Source: Octopus sinensis | Lineage: Eukaryota | Assembly: GCF_006345805.1 (NCBI RefSeq) | Contig: NC_043002.1 | Coordinates: 75,268,001 to 75,332,000 of the forward strand | DNA: 64,000 bases | Reading direction: 5' to 3' | Shown: piece after piece, positions 24,201 to 36,669 of the stretch | Layout of the letters: each line of letters opens with the position of its first letter | Position numbering within the stretch: the stretch's first letter is position 1 | Translations under genes and position numbers: made by a program | The notes under the pieces: generated by a model | Seen by the model: only the letters and a program-made list of their open reading frames with translations | Databases searched by the model: none | Told to the model about the DNA's origin: nothing

Positions 24201-26744
24201 TGACTAATAATAATAATAAAGTGAAATAGAACCAGTTGGTAAAATGACCTTCCCAAGATACAACAACAAGATACAAAGATACAAAGAATATTATTAAAAA
24301 TTTTGTTGATTATAGTGATGAACCACATCATATATAATGCAGCTATAATGAATGAACTTATGATTATAATGAGCAAAGATGTGTATTATAGAAACTCAAA
24401 TATGTATTATATATAATACATATTAGAAAATATATTAAATATATATAAAACATACATATAGAAAACGTAATGTTGTATGAGTTTTTATATTAATTTTGAT
24501 TAAAAATAGTTTGCATTTTTCAAATTGCCTGGTATCAAAATGCCAGCAGTTTTCCAGTTGTATATGACTGTGTGCGCCTGCTGTGTTATGTCTCTCTAAT
24601 ATATGCATATATATATATATAGTTCATATTTTTGGTTGTTGATCTCTTGATGAATATTCTTTGTATAAATGTGTTTCATTTTGCTGAATGTTGAAGGCTG
24701 TTTGTAATGTATTCAGTTTGTAATGTAGTGAAATATGTTTCTTCCTACATACCTCTAGTTATGTATATTTTCTTTCCAGCTAGACCAACTTCAAAATTGT
24801 TTCCCATAGCTGTGTCTATATATTTGATAAATATTTAAATTTCATTATTGATTTATCATTCTTAGATAAGTTTTTTTTTCCCCCCCTTATTTTTATTGTT
24901 TTTGAGATGATTTCATTATGTTCTCTTTCTCCCTGCTATTTTGTATTGGTTTCAGCTGAAGCGAAGTAAAGAATGTATTATTTCATTATCTGAAATCTTA
25001 ACTAGAACAAGTTTGTATATCACTTTTAATATTTCCTTGTGATGTCAATATTTTAAAAGGAGGACACTTTTCCTTGTTATTTAATCATGATTAAAACTTA
25101 AGGCTCTTGAGATTTTTCAACTGGAATCTATTTCTTTCAACAACCTCTTCCCCTTGATTTTTATTATGTTATGCATTTCGATTATTCTTCTCTGTGTCTT
25201 TATCAAATTATTGATCAATCAGTTTGTTGCCTGATTACGTTAGGGAGAATTTGATTCTAGTTGTTCTAAAGTGTCAGCTTGATATCACTAGAAATGGAGT
25301 TAATTTCATTAATATAGAAGTTCAGAAAACTTTCTGTTGAATTTTTAATCTTGAATTATCGTAATTAAATTTTGCTTTTATTATTCAAAGGATTTAGCAC
25401 ATATTACGAAGAAATAAGGTGGGGTGACAACACAGGTTAGAGTATAATTCCGCAACGTGTAAATGGAAGTCTTATTTCATCTATATTAATGTATTGTTTT
25501 GATATTTTCTTCGATGAAACAAAACATTCATCAGATTTTTAGTATTTGTGTGTTGTAGGAATGGTTGTAGTTAGTTTTACTTCCTGTTCAGTGTTATGCT
25601 TCTGTTAATTTACTTATTAAATAGATTATTTCATATTCTGACTATTTTAAAATTAATTTTAAATTCTGTCGCTAAATTAATCAAGAGTCGAACTTTTCCA
25701 ATGTTTGCTTTTGTTGTTTTTTTGTTTCTGCGTCTGCTTTAATGAGTAAATTCATTTAATATCTTTTCATTCTTGCCAAGCATAATAATAATAATGATAT
25801 AATAATAATAATAATAATAATAACAACAACATGTAGACACCTATTACTTAAACATTATCCACTGATGTCTGTAATTTTTGAAACGAGTCCAATATGTCTT
25901 CCGGGAATATAGCTACAATTGTTTGCAAGTCTTTTAAATCTTTAAGCTCTTTTCTTTTTGATTTATTTCATTAGAAAGCTTCACTTTCTTTTTTTACTTT
26001 GTTTTGTTTTTGTTTGTTCGCTATCTTTTAAAACCAAACAAATCAGAAAGCTTTTCTGAAAGATTTTTGAATTTTGAAATAAAAGCGGTTGATTCCAGTT
26101 ATGTTGAATGGTCATGAGTGTTGTTCCAGTGTTTCGACTGTACTACTATAAAATTAATGAAATTAATCTTGCTTCTTCCCTGTACTGGGATTTACAGTAC
26201 AGTACTGTTATAAAATGCAACGCTATTATTTTATACAATAAAGATTATAATTTAGTCATATATACAGTTTTAAAGATTTGTCTTCAAAGAGAAACTTATT
26301 TAAAGCTGGCCCCAGTGTGATCTGCTTAACCACTTTATAAACATATTTCTAATAATATATGAATGTTCATTAAATCTCATTGAAGAAGTTGCATATGGTG
26401 CCGAAAGGACCTTGGCAAACATAGACTGATCGATTAACCTAACAATTAATCAAACAATTAAATAGTTAAATAGTTAGCCAACTGATGCATAAATAAGAAG
26501 TGAAATAGAACCAGTGCATGTGTTTATTATTAGCATAGTGACCCTCCCCAAAACACAACAAAATCTGTTTCAAAACATGAGTTCACATCAAGAATTTTGC
26601 AAGCCAAATATGAAACTGAAATAATCTCCTTGTGTTTTCAATTAATTTTGAAAATAGCTAAGCATTTCAAGAAGTTTGGGAAAATACCCACTGTTTTTGA
26701 TGGCACATTTTGCAAACAACTTGCACATGCAAGTACTTTCAGCC

Positions 26745-28240
26745 AAAAGCTCTGCACACCGAAAACCAACAAGTGTACTGGATCATCAGGAGAGAATGCG
26801 CGCTGTTTTGGGGTCAACCTCTCAACAGCATTTTTGTGCACTGCTCCCTCTCCCCACCACTGACATGAGACCCCCACTTGCTAGATCAACTGATTATCAG
26901 ATATAGCTCAATATTCTTCTAACCATTGTACATTATCTCTTTTTTTAATTATAATCAAATCCACTGGCTAGCCTTTTCCATTGTAGTTTGGATATTGCTC
27001 ATGGTGGTATTTACTTTACGATGAGTTGGGCCTAGCGATAACAACAGTTGCCTCACACTGTGTCCAATGAATCCTCTACATCTGATGTCTATGTTATCTT
27101 CATGAGGGACTGTTAACTTGACTACATTTACCACTTTCTTTCTTTCACACCACATTATAATATACGTTTTTTTTTTTGTAACTGGGATGGGGAAAGAATG
27201 CTTGGCACCCTGGTAAATCTGCAGCCACCTCCCAATAGGTTCCACTTTTCATCACTCATAGAAAGCTTCTTCATGAAATGGATCTGCTGTCCTGAGCACA
27301 TGAAGGTAATGAAATCTCTGGTTGGTTCCTTCAATGGTTTTTTACCCACTGTTAATGAGAGCAATTTGGTTCTTTATAGCATTGAAGGTAACCATAAAGA
27401 CGAGGTTGTGTCTCCAGGTATATCTAATCAATGCCAGTGAACAGTTAGAAAGAATATGTTTCAGATTCTGACCTTTCCACATTTGTATATATTATTTTCT
27501 GAGACATTCCATCTTAAAAGATTTGTAGGCGTGATGTCTTGCCATTGCCTACTCTTTTCCCTCCTGAATTATTTCATTTTCCTGATCCTCTTGCTTGGTC
27601 CACACTTTTCCTTTCACTAATTTAATACCATCTTTCACTCCAAATAACTCCTTTCCTGTGTAATATATTGAACTTGTCAACTTCCCCAGTTTCTCCACTG
27701 CAGATCTTGTCATTTTATAAAGAGCTTGACATATTTTGTTCTCAAGCTCTCTATGTCTTCCTTTCTCATTAGCAGCAGGCCACAGAACCCTCAGTTTCCT
27801 CTGAGCACTATCTGATGCACCAGTCTCCTAACCTGCAGTTTCCTATCAGGAAGAGGTCTTTGCTGTAACATTTATCGATCCACTGTGGTTTGAGTCCAGG
27901 GATGATTTGCTGTGTTTCACAATCAGATGGTCCACACTGCTCTATCCTCTTCTTACAAGTCTTCCCCTGATAAATCTTCGAGCCTCTCTCAGTTGCAAAG
28001 GTCCTACAGCACAGCTTGTATCCAAAGTTGTTTGCACTTTGTTCGCTGTTCGAATGAATAGCCGTATTCATGTCCAAGGTCATTTCTGTATTAACTGGGT
28101 TTGATTGATTCTCAACTCCCCACTCTCAGTCACGCACGGGGCTGACATTCTCATTGGTAATTGTTACATGTTACCGAGGCGAGGATTGTAAGTCCACATT
28201 ATCTGCCAGTCTTTCCTGGTGTTGATTGTCTTTCCTCTTG
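26745..28240 (-). mobile_element. Hero-like (R2 superfamily, RLE-type) non-LTR retrotransposon, degenerate and internally deleted (no RT domain)
   Basis: Manual minus-strand translation gives motifs in the expected order: N-terminal zinc-finger-like LCCRTFATERGSKIYQGKTC (ORF 27808-28083), VLWPAANEK...KLGKLTSSIYYTGKELFG, CCHC-knuckle region TPTNLLRW...CGK...LKHILSNCSLALIRYTWRHN, and RLE region IIMW...KKVVNVVKLTVPHEDNI...CRGFIGHS...EKASQWI (ORF 26955-27245). These resemble the Hero-clade motifs CGK.CKN.RGLKIHQ, WP.A, LPTP.NL.RW, HIL..C...RY.WRH, ELTVP.E and GCRGF. Several frameshifts and stops. Boundaries approximate. Confidence 0.8.
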
Positions 28241-28984
28241 TCAGCATATTAATATTAATCTCCAATTTCAGCAGAGCATATTCAGGGAAAAATTTTTTTG
28301 TAGTGCATTAAAGCATGTAATATTTAAAGCTACTATGCATATAGGACCTGGGGTGGTGCATCTCATATGCCATCTAATATGGTTCTTTGAGCATAACTTG
28401 ACAAAGGTTTTCATTGCAATTATAATTTAACATTTAAATTTTTGTATAAACACTTTACAACTGATAATTTTGTATCATTAAACAAGAGACAATCTCATGC
28501 AGGTTGCTATCAGAAATATTAATATGGAAATGGCTGAGATTTTAAAATACCAATTTTTTTTTTACTACAGTAACCATGCTGAAATTTTGGTTAAGCTACT
28601 TTTAAGTTCCATCAAGAGTTAGAGGTATATAAATGTTAAAAAGGAATAAAGTTGGCTGATTCTGTAACTTTTCAGTAAATTAGCTCTCCAACTCTTTGCA
28701 TATGTGTTTGCTTGTCTTTGAAAGCGCAGAGCTTCGTGGAAATTTGTCACGAGAGAATGTCAACAAAATGACACCAACATTCTCTCTCTCTTTCTGTCTC
28801 TCTCTGTCTCTTTCTCTCTCTCTCTGTCTGTCTCTCTCTCTCTCACACACACACACACATGCACAAATACATATGTATACAACAAGTTTCTGTACAGTTT
28901 CAATCTATCAATTCCACTCATTTTCTTTTACCTGGGGCTGCAATAGATGTGTGTGTATGTGTGTGTGTGTCGTGCCATACATAC

Positions 28985-29110
28985 AAACAAACAAGAAAGA
29001 AAGAAAGACTTCTTTCAGTTTCTGTCTACCACATTCGCCCAAGATGCCTGAAGGGGGATTGAACTCAAAAGACAAGATTGGGAAGCAAACATCTTAACCA
29101 CTCAGCCATG
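28985..29110 (-). mobile_element. SINE family A 5' fragment
   Basis: TTCTTTCAGTTTCTGTCTACC...GCCCAAGATGCC...TTAACCACTCAGCCATGCCTGC. Confidence 0.65.
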
Positions 29111-29986
29111 CCTGCACACACACATGTACACCTCTTAAATTATTGATTCCCATTGGGGAGGGTGGGGGGTGATCTGAACAGTTTAAAAACTTCTCACTTA
29201 TCTTTTTATACAAGATTTCAATCTAAAGAAGTAGTTATTAATAAGGAGAGCGGGGAGAATAAAAAAAAAAACGAAATAAAGAAATAAATAAAATCATAAA
29301 CAGGATCCAGTGGGGTTGGGTGGCTGTTAGGGTCCATAAGGAGAGAAAAACATATTAGAAAAATATCTTAATAATGCAGTGCGTCACCTTTAGGTCTGGC
29401 AAGAATATTTTTCTGTTGCTTTTGAATTTTATATAATTATTATTATTAGCAATGCATCTGTTAGTGTGTGCATGCATGCGTGTATGTGTGTGTTTTATAC
29501 CTTTTGACATTATCCACCTCTTATGTTGTCACTTGTTGATGTACAGTTCAAGGAGAATGCTTCAAATTCCTTCTCTATAATTTCTTGACCTTTTTTGTCT
29601 TTCTATTTTTTGTTAGGAGGTTATTTTTTTCTTCTTCTTCTTCTTCCTTCCATCCCAATCCCTCTAGTCATTTCTCTCTAGAATTTATGATTTTTTTTCT
29701 TATTTGCTTTGCTTTTGAGAGTTTTTGTACTTGCTGTTGATGATGATGTTGCAACCACCCCCTCCCCACTCTTCACCTCAACAACTTGACCAATCATATT
29801 ATCCATTTTTATGGACTTGTTCACCAGCTGATATTTATGACTAAAGATGTCAACAGGAAAATGGTGTCAACTTCTGACCACTCTTCTCATACAACTTGCC
29901 CTGCTTGTTGACTTTTCTTTGATCTTTTCTGCTTTTTCATTTTTGTCTTATCTGTGTATTTGTTCTTTGTGCATTTGTGTTTTGCT

Positions 29987-30022
<36 letters not shown>

Positions 30023-30534
30023 GGAAGAGAATGAGAGAGAGAGAAGTCAGCCTTCTTTCCACCTGAACATAATTATGTCTGTGTTGAAATAAATGTTTAT
30101 CAACATACAACAAATTTTTTCACAGAAGAACTGTGTAAATAGTATATAAATTGTTAAAATACTAGTTGCATGGGTCCTTTGCCAAAGTACTATTTGATTC
30201 AATTTGTTTTAGGTTTGTTTACTCTCTCTCTCTCGTTATACAATATACAATACATATGTTCATCTATTTTATGTTCTTTTTTCTATGCTAGCATATGTTG
30301 GCTAGGTACTTATTTGAGGCAGTATTTTTATAGCCGAAAGCTCTGCAAGTCACACCTCTTTCCTGTTTTACAAGAAAGGGTGTTTTTATTTCTCAATACT
30401 GTAGTGCAAAGCTATGCGATGTAATGTTAAGCGGGAATGTAAATGTAACAACACATATTTTCACTCTGATGATCTCATGTAAGAAGTGGTAATGAAAGTT
30501 CTCACATTGGCGTGTGTACACTCAAACATATCGA

Positions 30535-30722
30535 ACAGTCTTCTATGCAGTTTCCACCTACCAGTTTTATGCACAAGATCTTGGTTGACCTAAAGCAATA
30601 GTTGAAAAACCATGCCAAAACAGATGCAGAAGTCTGGTGTAGTCTTCTGCCTGGACAGCTCCTGTCAAACCGTCCAATCCATTGCCAACATAAAAGGTGG
30701 ATGTTAAATGATGATGATGCTT
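30535..30722 (+). mobile_element. Repeat family C
   Basis: AAAACCATGCCAAAACAGA...GTCAAACCGTCCAATCCATTGCCAACAT...GGATGTTAAATGATGATGATG. Confidence 0.8.
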
Positions 30723-30912
30723 TGCCCCCAAAGTAATGCATAATAGGATTGGATGTAAGACCACGTGGTTGTGAAGTAAATTTCTTAACTACACAGTCTT
30801 GCTTCTTGTTGTGTTTGTCATTTAATTTATTTGACTTCAGTTCCTTGTTACTAACAAGACTGGTGGGGGTTTTTTAAACTGAGTGAAACTAGACTATTTG
30901 ATTTTTGATTTG

Positions 30913-31842
30913 AAATAAGGTTCAGGAGGACAGGGCTCAAAGGGTTAACATAGTTTTTAAACTAATCAGTGAATGAAGAAATTGTTCAGTTAACAATTAA
31001 TAAATACTTTAATTTAAAAGATAAAGATTGGAATAGATGGGCTGAAAAGTTCAAGCCCAGGTGCTTGCAATTCATCTTGATACTAGGCTCTCTCTGGAAA
31101 ATAAATGGGGATTCCTCTAAACCAAATTATTTAGAAAACTTATGATATTAAGTTACCCAAAGATTATCTATATTTGTTGTATTGTTATATTGTCCATTAT
31201 ATTTTGAATATAAGTATGGCTCTTGTTTTTAAAAATGCTAAAACATTTGTTAAGTGAGATTTTTGTTGTTGCATCATCAGTTGTAGAGTTCTTCACTGAC
31301 TTTGCTACCAAAGTGGATAGAGAAATTTTATTTGATATGATGCTTGTATATAAAATAGTCCTTTTCGTGTCTTTCTTACCTCTCTAGAAAGGGATGCAGC
31401 TCACAACTTAACAATGGTCACTCTCTTTTTGTCACTTGTCTCTATCAAATACAACATAGCGACCAGTGGTAAAAAAAACTTCACTATGTCTAACATTGCA
31501 TCTGTGTAGATCCTCAGTAATGTGGGAATGGTATTTCAACTTTTAATCATGGTGAATGTTCTGAAACCACTGTATTTTTATTCTATATGTATCCTTCCTA
31601 CTCTGAAGACACATATGAAATTTCAAAACCAAAAACATTAGTGAATATTTGTAGAAAAATTTGATAAATCTTAGTGGTATTAAGTAAGATAAAAATGAGG
31701 CCTCGTATACACAACTCTTGAAGCCTGTAACATCAGTTTACCAGTGGATGGCTTATTTTTTTTCTGTACTGTAGCACTGGTGGAATGCCAAGTATATGGT
31801 AAAATAAGGTTCAGGAGGACAGGGCTCAAAGGGTTAACATAG
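30913..31842. repeat. Perfect 41-bp direct repeat pair (30913-30953 and 31802-31842)
   Basis: AAATAAGGTTCAGGAGGACAGGGCTCAAAGGGTTAACATAG is identical at both positions. Confidence 0.95.
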
Positions 31843-32129
31843 AAGGGGAAAAGTGAACATAGACAAACTGAGCAGGAATAGATGTGTGGGGGATTTCAAA
31901 CGAATCACATACATGAGGAAAGCGATAATATATAGCTAACACTTGAAACTGACTTCAGATGAGGAGGAACAAGCACAGAGGGAGCATAAGGAAATGGTCA
32001 CTGGAAGTATTACAGCCTTGTTCTTCCATGATCAATTTCAGTATCTCTATAGTTTTCACCTGCAGACATTATCTTCATGTATTAGTGCAGTTATATAAGT
32101 CTGTCATGAACCTTATGACATATAAAGCC

Positions 32130-32345
32130 AGACCATAACCTGGTTGCATTGGGATGTAAGTGACTGAGATAGCAACACTCCCCAATGAATAGAGTGCCAG
32201 TCCATTGCAGGGTTAACTTTCCAGCTAATCTTGAACTCATCTAAGGCTGAGTGAACTGGAGCAACATGAAATAAAGTGTTTTGCTCAAAACACAATGCAC
32301 TGTCCAGGTATTGAAACCATGATCTTACGATTGTGAGTAATCTGT
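32130..32345 (-). mobile_element. SINE family D
   Basis: GAGTGAACTGGAGCAACATGAAATAAAGTGTTTTGCTCAAAACACAATGC...GTATTGAAACCATGATCTTACGA. Confidence 0.75.
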
Positions 32346-32539
32346 AGGCCATCTGCTTTTACATCAATACACTACTCCACACTTAATTCTACTCTTGCTC
32401 ATTTTGTTTATGCTGTCTAAGATATTCTTTCTGTCTTGTGAGAAGTTTTGATTCAGCTCCTTAACATCACCATAAAACCAATATTAAGTCCCTCTCACCC
32501 TTAAAAATCCTCTAAGGACTTCAGAGATGGGAGCATTTT

Positions 32540-32745
32540 ACATCATCATCATACATCTGTTCTCCATGCTGGCATGGGTTGGATGGTTTCACAAGAGCTG
32601 GAGAGCTGCACCAGGCTCCAATTGTCTGTTTTGACATGATTTCTATGGCTGGATGCTCTTCCTAACACCAGCCACTTAACAGAGTGACTGGGGGATTTTT
32701 ATGTGGCACCAGCACAGGTGCTTTTTATGTGGGGCCAGCATGAGT
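32540..32745 (-). mobile_element. Repeat family C
   Basis: CATCATCATC...CCATGCTGGCATGGGTTGGATGG...TTTCTATGGCTGGATGCTCTTCCTAACACCAGCCAC...TTTTATGTGGCACCAGCAC repeats. Confidence 0.85.
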
Positions 32746-32924
32746 GCATTTTCACTATGTAAAATTTATATTTTCCTTATTTAATTTTATTTTCAGAATT
32801 TATTTAGAAAAAAGGTGATGTGAGTTAGCTTCATTAGTTTTAATGAAGGGCATAGTCCACATATTAAATACTTATTATATTGTATCTGAGGGCAGAGATT
32901 AACAGAATCATTTAGTGCACTGGA

Positions 32925-33085
32925 AAAATGCGTTACATTTCATTTGACTGATTACATTCTGAGTTCAAATCTCACCAGGTCAACTTTGCCCGCCATCCTT
33001 TTTGAGGTGTCTAAAATAAAATAACGATCAGATATTGGGGTTAATGTAATCAACTTCAGAAATTGCTAGACTTGTGCCTAAATTG
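32925..33085 (+). mobile_element. SINE family B
   Basis: CATTCTGAGTTCAAATCTCACCAGGTCAACTTTGCCCGCCATCCTTTTTGAGG...AAATTGCTAGACTTGTGCC. Confidence 0.75.
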
Positions 33086-33204
33086 GGAACAATTTTATTG
33101 TATGTATTTCACATGGATGTGTACTCCCACGCATAAGTGCATACACACACATACACACATGCACTCACACACAGGATGTAGAAAGTACTTAATATATATA
33201 TATA

Positions 33205-33436
33205 TATTTCTTTACTACCTACAAGGGGCCAAACATAGAGAGGACAAACAAGGACAGAAAAAGGGATTAAGTCGATTACATCGACCCAGTACGAAACTGG
33301 TACTTTATTTATCGACCCTGAGAGGATGAAAGGCAAAGTCGACCTCGGCGGAATTTGAACTCAGAACGTAACGACAGACGAAACACCACTAAGCATTTCG
33401 CCCGGCGCGCTAACGTTTCTGCCAGCTCGCCACCTT
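33205..33436 (-). mobile_element. SINE family B, young CpG-rich copy with target-site duplication
   Basis: Complete head (A-box GAGCTGGCAGAAACGTTAG, B-box GAGTTCAAATTCC on the minus strand), core and tail. Flanked by CTTAATATATATATATA at 33188-33204 and 33434-33450. Confidence 0.92.
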
Positions 33437-34189
33437 AATATATATATATAGTAGGGTTTATCTGGAGCTGAGCTTTTTTTCATTGCTACCCTTAATTTTT
33501 GTATCTGTACTGTGTGTGTGTGTGCATACATAAAAAAGGGAGTGAGATCTCAGTATTCACTTTGAGATAGTTGTACTAACTTGCAATTGTTAGGAGGTGG
33601 GTGGTAAAGCAACTTAATATTAAAATTTATAAATGGTATTGGTCTTTAATTCCAATTGATAAAAATGAAGTAAAACGAAAAATATAGAAATATAGATTTA
33701 TTTCTATATCATTATTCCCCTCCCAACCTCCTTGTTTCTTAAGTATTTCTTATAAAGGCATAGCTTAATGATTTACCAATCAACTATCTTCATCATCATT
33801 ACAACCACCACCACCACCATCAATAACAACAACAACAACACTACCATTTTTATTTGATTGCTTTTTTCTTTCTTTTTCTTCTCTTTTTAATCCTATGCAA
33901 ATATATACAAGTAAAACATAAGACAGTTTTTTTTAAAGTTTTTCTTGTTTGCTAAGTATTTCTGAATTGTTGACAGGTTGAGCTGAATTTATTAGAAAAC
34001 TGCAAGATTTATTTATTTGTTTATTTATTGCTTGGGTTGTTTTTCTTTTCTTCTTTTTTTTCCTTCCCATTTCTTTTGAGGAGTGTTATTATTATTATTA
34101 TTATCTTTGCTATTGTTGTAATTGTTGTTTTTGTTGCTGTTGTTATTATTCCATTGACAAATTAACAATAAATCTTAAGAAATTTTTGT

Positions 34190-34198
34190 CTTTTCTTT

Positions 34199-34229
<31 letters not shown>

Positions 34230-34297
34230 GACAATAATAATAGCAACAACATTAATAATGATAATAATACCACAGTGATAATAATAACAATGAGAAC

Positions 34298-34338
<41 letters not shown>

Positions 34339-34395
34339 CCACTGTCATAATAATGATGATGATCATCATCATAGTGATGATGATGATAGTAATAA
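34190..34395. repeat. Imperfect (AAT)n/(GAT)n trinucleotide tract
   Basis: Directly visible; source of the poly-Ile/Leu ORFs. Confidence 0.95.
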
Positions 34396-34489
34396 TGTGT
34401 GTGTGTGTGCTTATTTATGTGTGTAAATTTTATTTCCTTGTTTTGGTTGATTTTTTTTTATATTCCTCTCATTTTTTTTTCTCTCTTCT

Positions 34490-34529
<40 letters not shown>

Positions 34530-35312
34530 GTTCTGTGTCTCTCTCTCCTCATTATTCTGATTCCCAGCAATTCACTCTAGGCATCCTTACCTTTCACATT
34601 TTGTTTTTATTCAATGTCTGCTTCTATTGATTTCATCTTGACATTTTATTCATCAGATTCTTTTTACTTTGCATGCCAACCCCTACCCTACCACCCCCAC
34701 CCCCGCCTCACACCCCTAACCCTGCCGTCCCGTCCCGCCTCCCCTCGCTTGCTTCCCCTTTACTACACCAATGCCACCACAACCCCGCAACAACAACAAC
34801 AACAGCAACAACAACATTAACACCAGTACCAGCACCACTAACCTCCCTCACTATCCTCTCCCTTTGCCACTCCAATCAACCATTGAACCAACTAACTAAC
34901 CAACTATACCTCCTCCCTACATCTCTCCTACACCAATCTGTTCTAATCTAATGTTTATATCTTTTTCTACTTAAATGTTTCCTGTCTCAGAATATTTTCT
35001 TTATGCTTTTATTTATTTATTATAATTCTTTTTATATTGTTGGTATTTTCTTCTTTTATTGAAACACTTTTTCTTTCTTTATATTTCTACATTTTTGAAA
35101 AAGATATGTTATTATTATTACTATTATTATTTCTATTATTATTTCTATTATTATTATCATTATTGTTGTTGTTGTGGTTATCGTTGTCGTATGTGAGTAT
35201 GTATGGTTTTTTAAATGTTATCTTAATATAATAGATTGCTTATCTGTAGTTTGTGTGCATGTCGAAATATTGTGCACATGAGTGCGGGGCGGTGTGGCAG
35301 CCGTATACTTAC

Positions 35313-35370
35313 GATCAGTGAACAACTTAGACATATTTGGCTGTGTGTAGGTGACCAAGCTGGCCGTGTA
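35313..35370 (-). CDS. Candidate 58-nt internal exon of an unidentified gene (YTASLVTYTQPNMSKLFTD)
   Basis: Minus strand TTCATTTGTCTGTGTAG|exon|GTAAGT; open frame; lies in a non-repetitive, CpG-retaining patch. No homolog recognised. Confidence 0.3.
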
Positions 35371-36669
35371 CTACACAGACAAATGAATTACTACTCTTCT
35401 CTCGGTCTCTTCAGCTTTTCTCTCCAGCTTTTTAAAATTCATCTCTCTCTCTCTCTCTCTTTCTTCCCCATCTCTCTCTTTCTCTTTTCCAATATCATCA
35501 TCATCATGACTCTATTAATTTTCCTGTGTATTTTCTCTTGCTTTCACTTGTTTTTGTTTTTTTTAAATTCTAATTTATATTATATATTTATCTGGTTCAT
35601 TCTTTTTCTTTCTTTTTATGCTTGTCTTTTGTAATTTTTTTTTTACTTCATTTTCTCATTACTATATATTGCTACTGTTATCATTGTTGTTTGGATTGTT
35701 TTCTGTTATTCATTTGTTTTGGTCTTATTATTATTATTATTATCTATTTAAATATATATTTTAAAATTAATGGCAGCTATTGAACCTAAATAGTTCTACT
35801 ACTTTGGTTTCCTACTCAACTCTTGAAAGATCAAGTAGATCTCAAACGATTGCATAGAAATGCAGTTCAGAAGCTAGGTTTATGGTGCAGATTAGCTTAT
35901 GTAAAGTTTTCCTTAATAAACTGTTGTCAATTAATTTGCTATTTAATCTTAAAAAAAAAGAAAAGAAAATGAAAGAGAGAGAGAAAGCAAAAGAGAAGAG
36001 GTAATAGAACTCCCCCTCCCCCACATAAGATTTGAATTGTTTTTATTTGTTGTAATGAATCTTTACATCTACCCAGCTCTTCTCTTTCACCCCACTTTAC
36101 CTGCTCTTTCTTTGCTGTAAATAAACAGATAAATTGCCTTATCACTGTAAATTATTTGTTATTAAGCTTATTAAATGAATTTTTAATGGACATTTTATTT
36201 TAATCATTTTATATACAAAGTGCAATCATACCCATAAAAAGCAAAGAATATTAGGTGAATGTGTAATTAAAATGTGCATAATTTATAAGTTCAATGGACC
36301 ATGCGTTGTTGTTTGGGACAGAAAATGAGAAAAAGAAAAGAACATCTCTTGTACTTACATATGTACATAAAGCACACATGCATATGTGCTTATGTGCATA
36401 TACACACATTCATACAGATGCATGGTTAAAGTTTTGAAATTCAAATTGTCCAGTAGAGATGAGCATTTTATCTTAAATAGCATAAAAAGAGAATTTTCTA
36501 TGAGCCATTAAAATCTTAAGAGGTAAAACCTTCTGATGCTACTTCATTAAAGAAAATAGGATCCGTTTTGAAGAGATGCAAAAGGAATAAGTGTTTCATT
36601 ATTTAAAATTTTGTAAAAAGCTTTTGCATTTAAGTAGACAAGTACAACAACAAAAAGGGAAGATGGTGC

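Noticed and set aside
31375-31400. 4-nt microexon AGAG on the minus strand (TGCATCCCTTTCTAG|AGAG|GTAAGA)
   Set aside because: It is frame-shifting and within chance expectation for such patterns.
34600-34660. Hammerhead-like CTGATGA...GAAA on the minus strand
   Set aside because: Stem II has only 2 bp, there is no stem I, and the cleavage triplet is out of register.
34175-34951. Poly-Ile/Leu/Gln/Thr and Pro-rich ORFs
   Set aside because: They are translations of AAT/GAT/CAA microsatellites and a C-rich tract, with no supporting splice structure.
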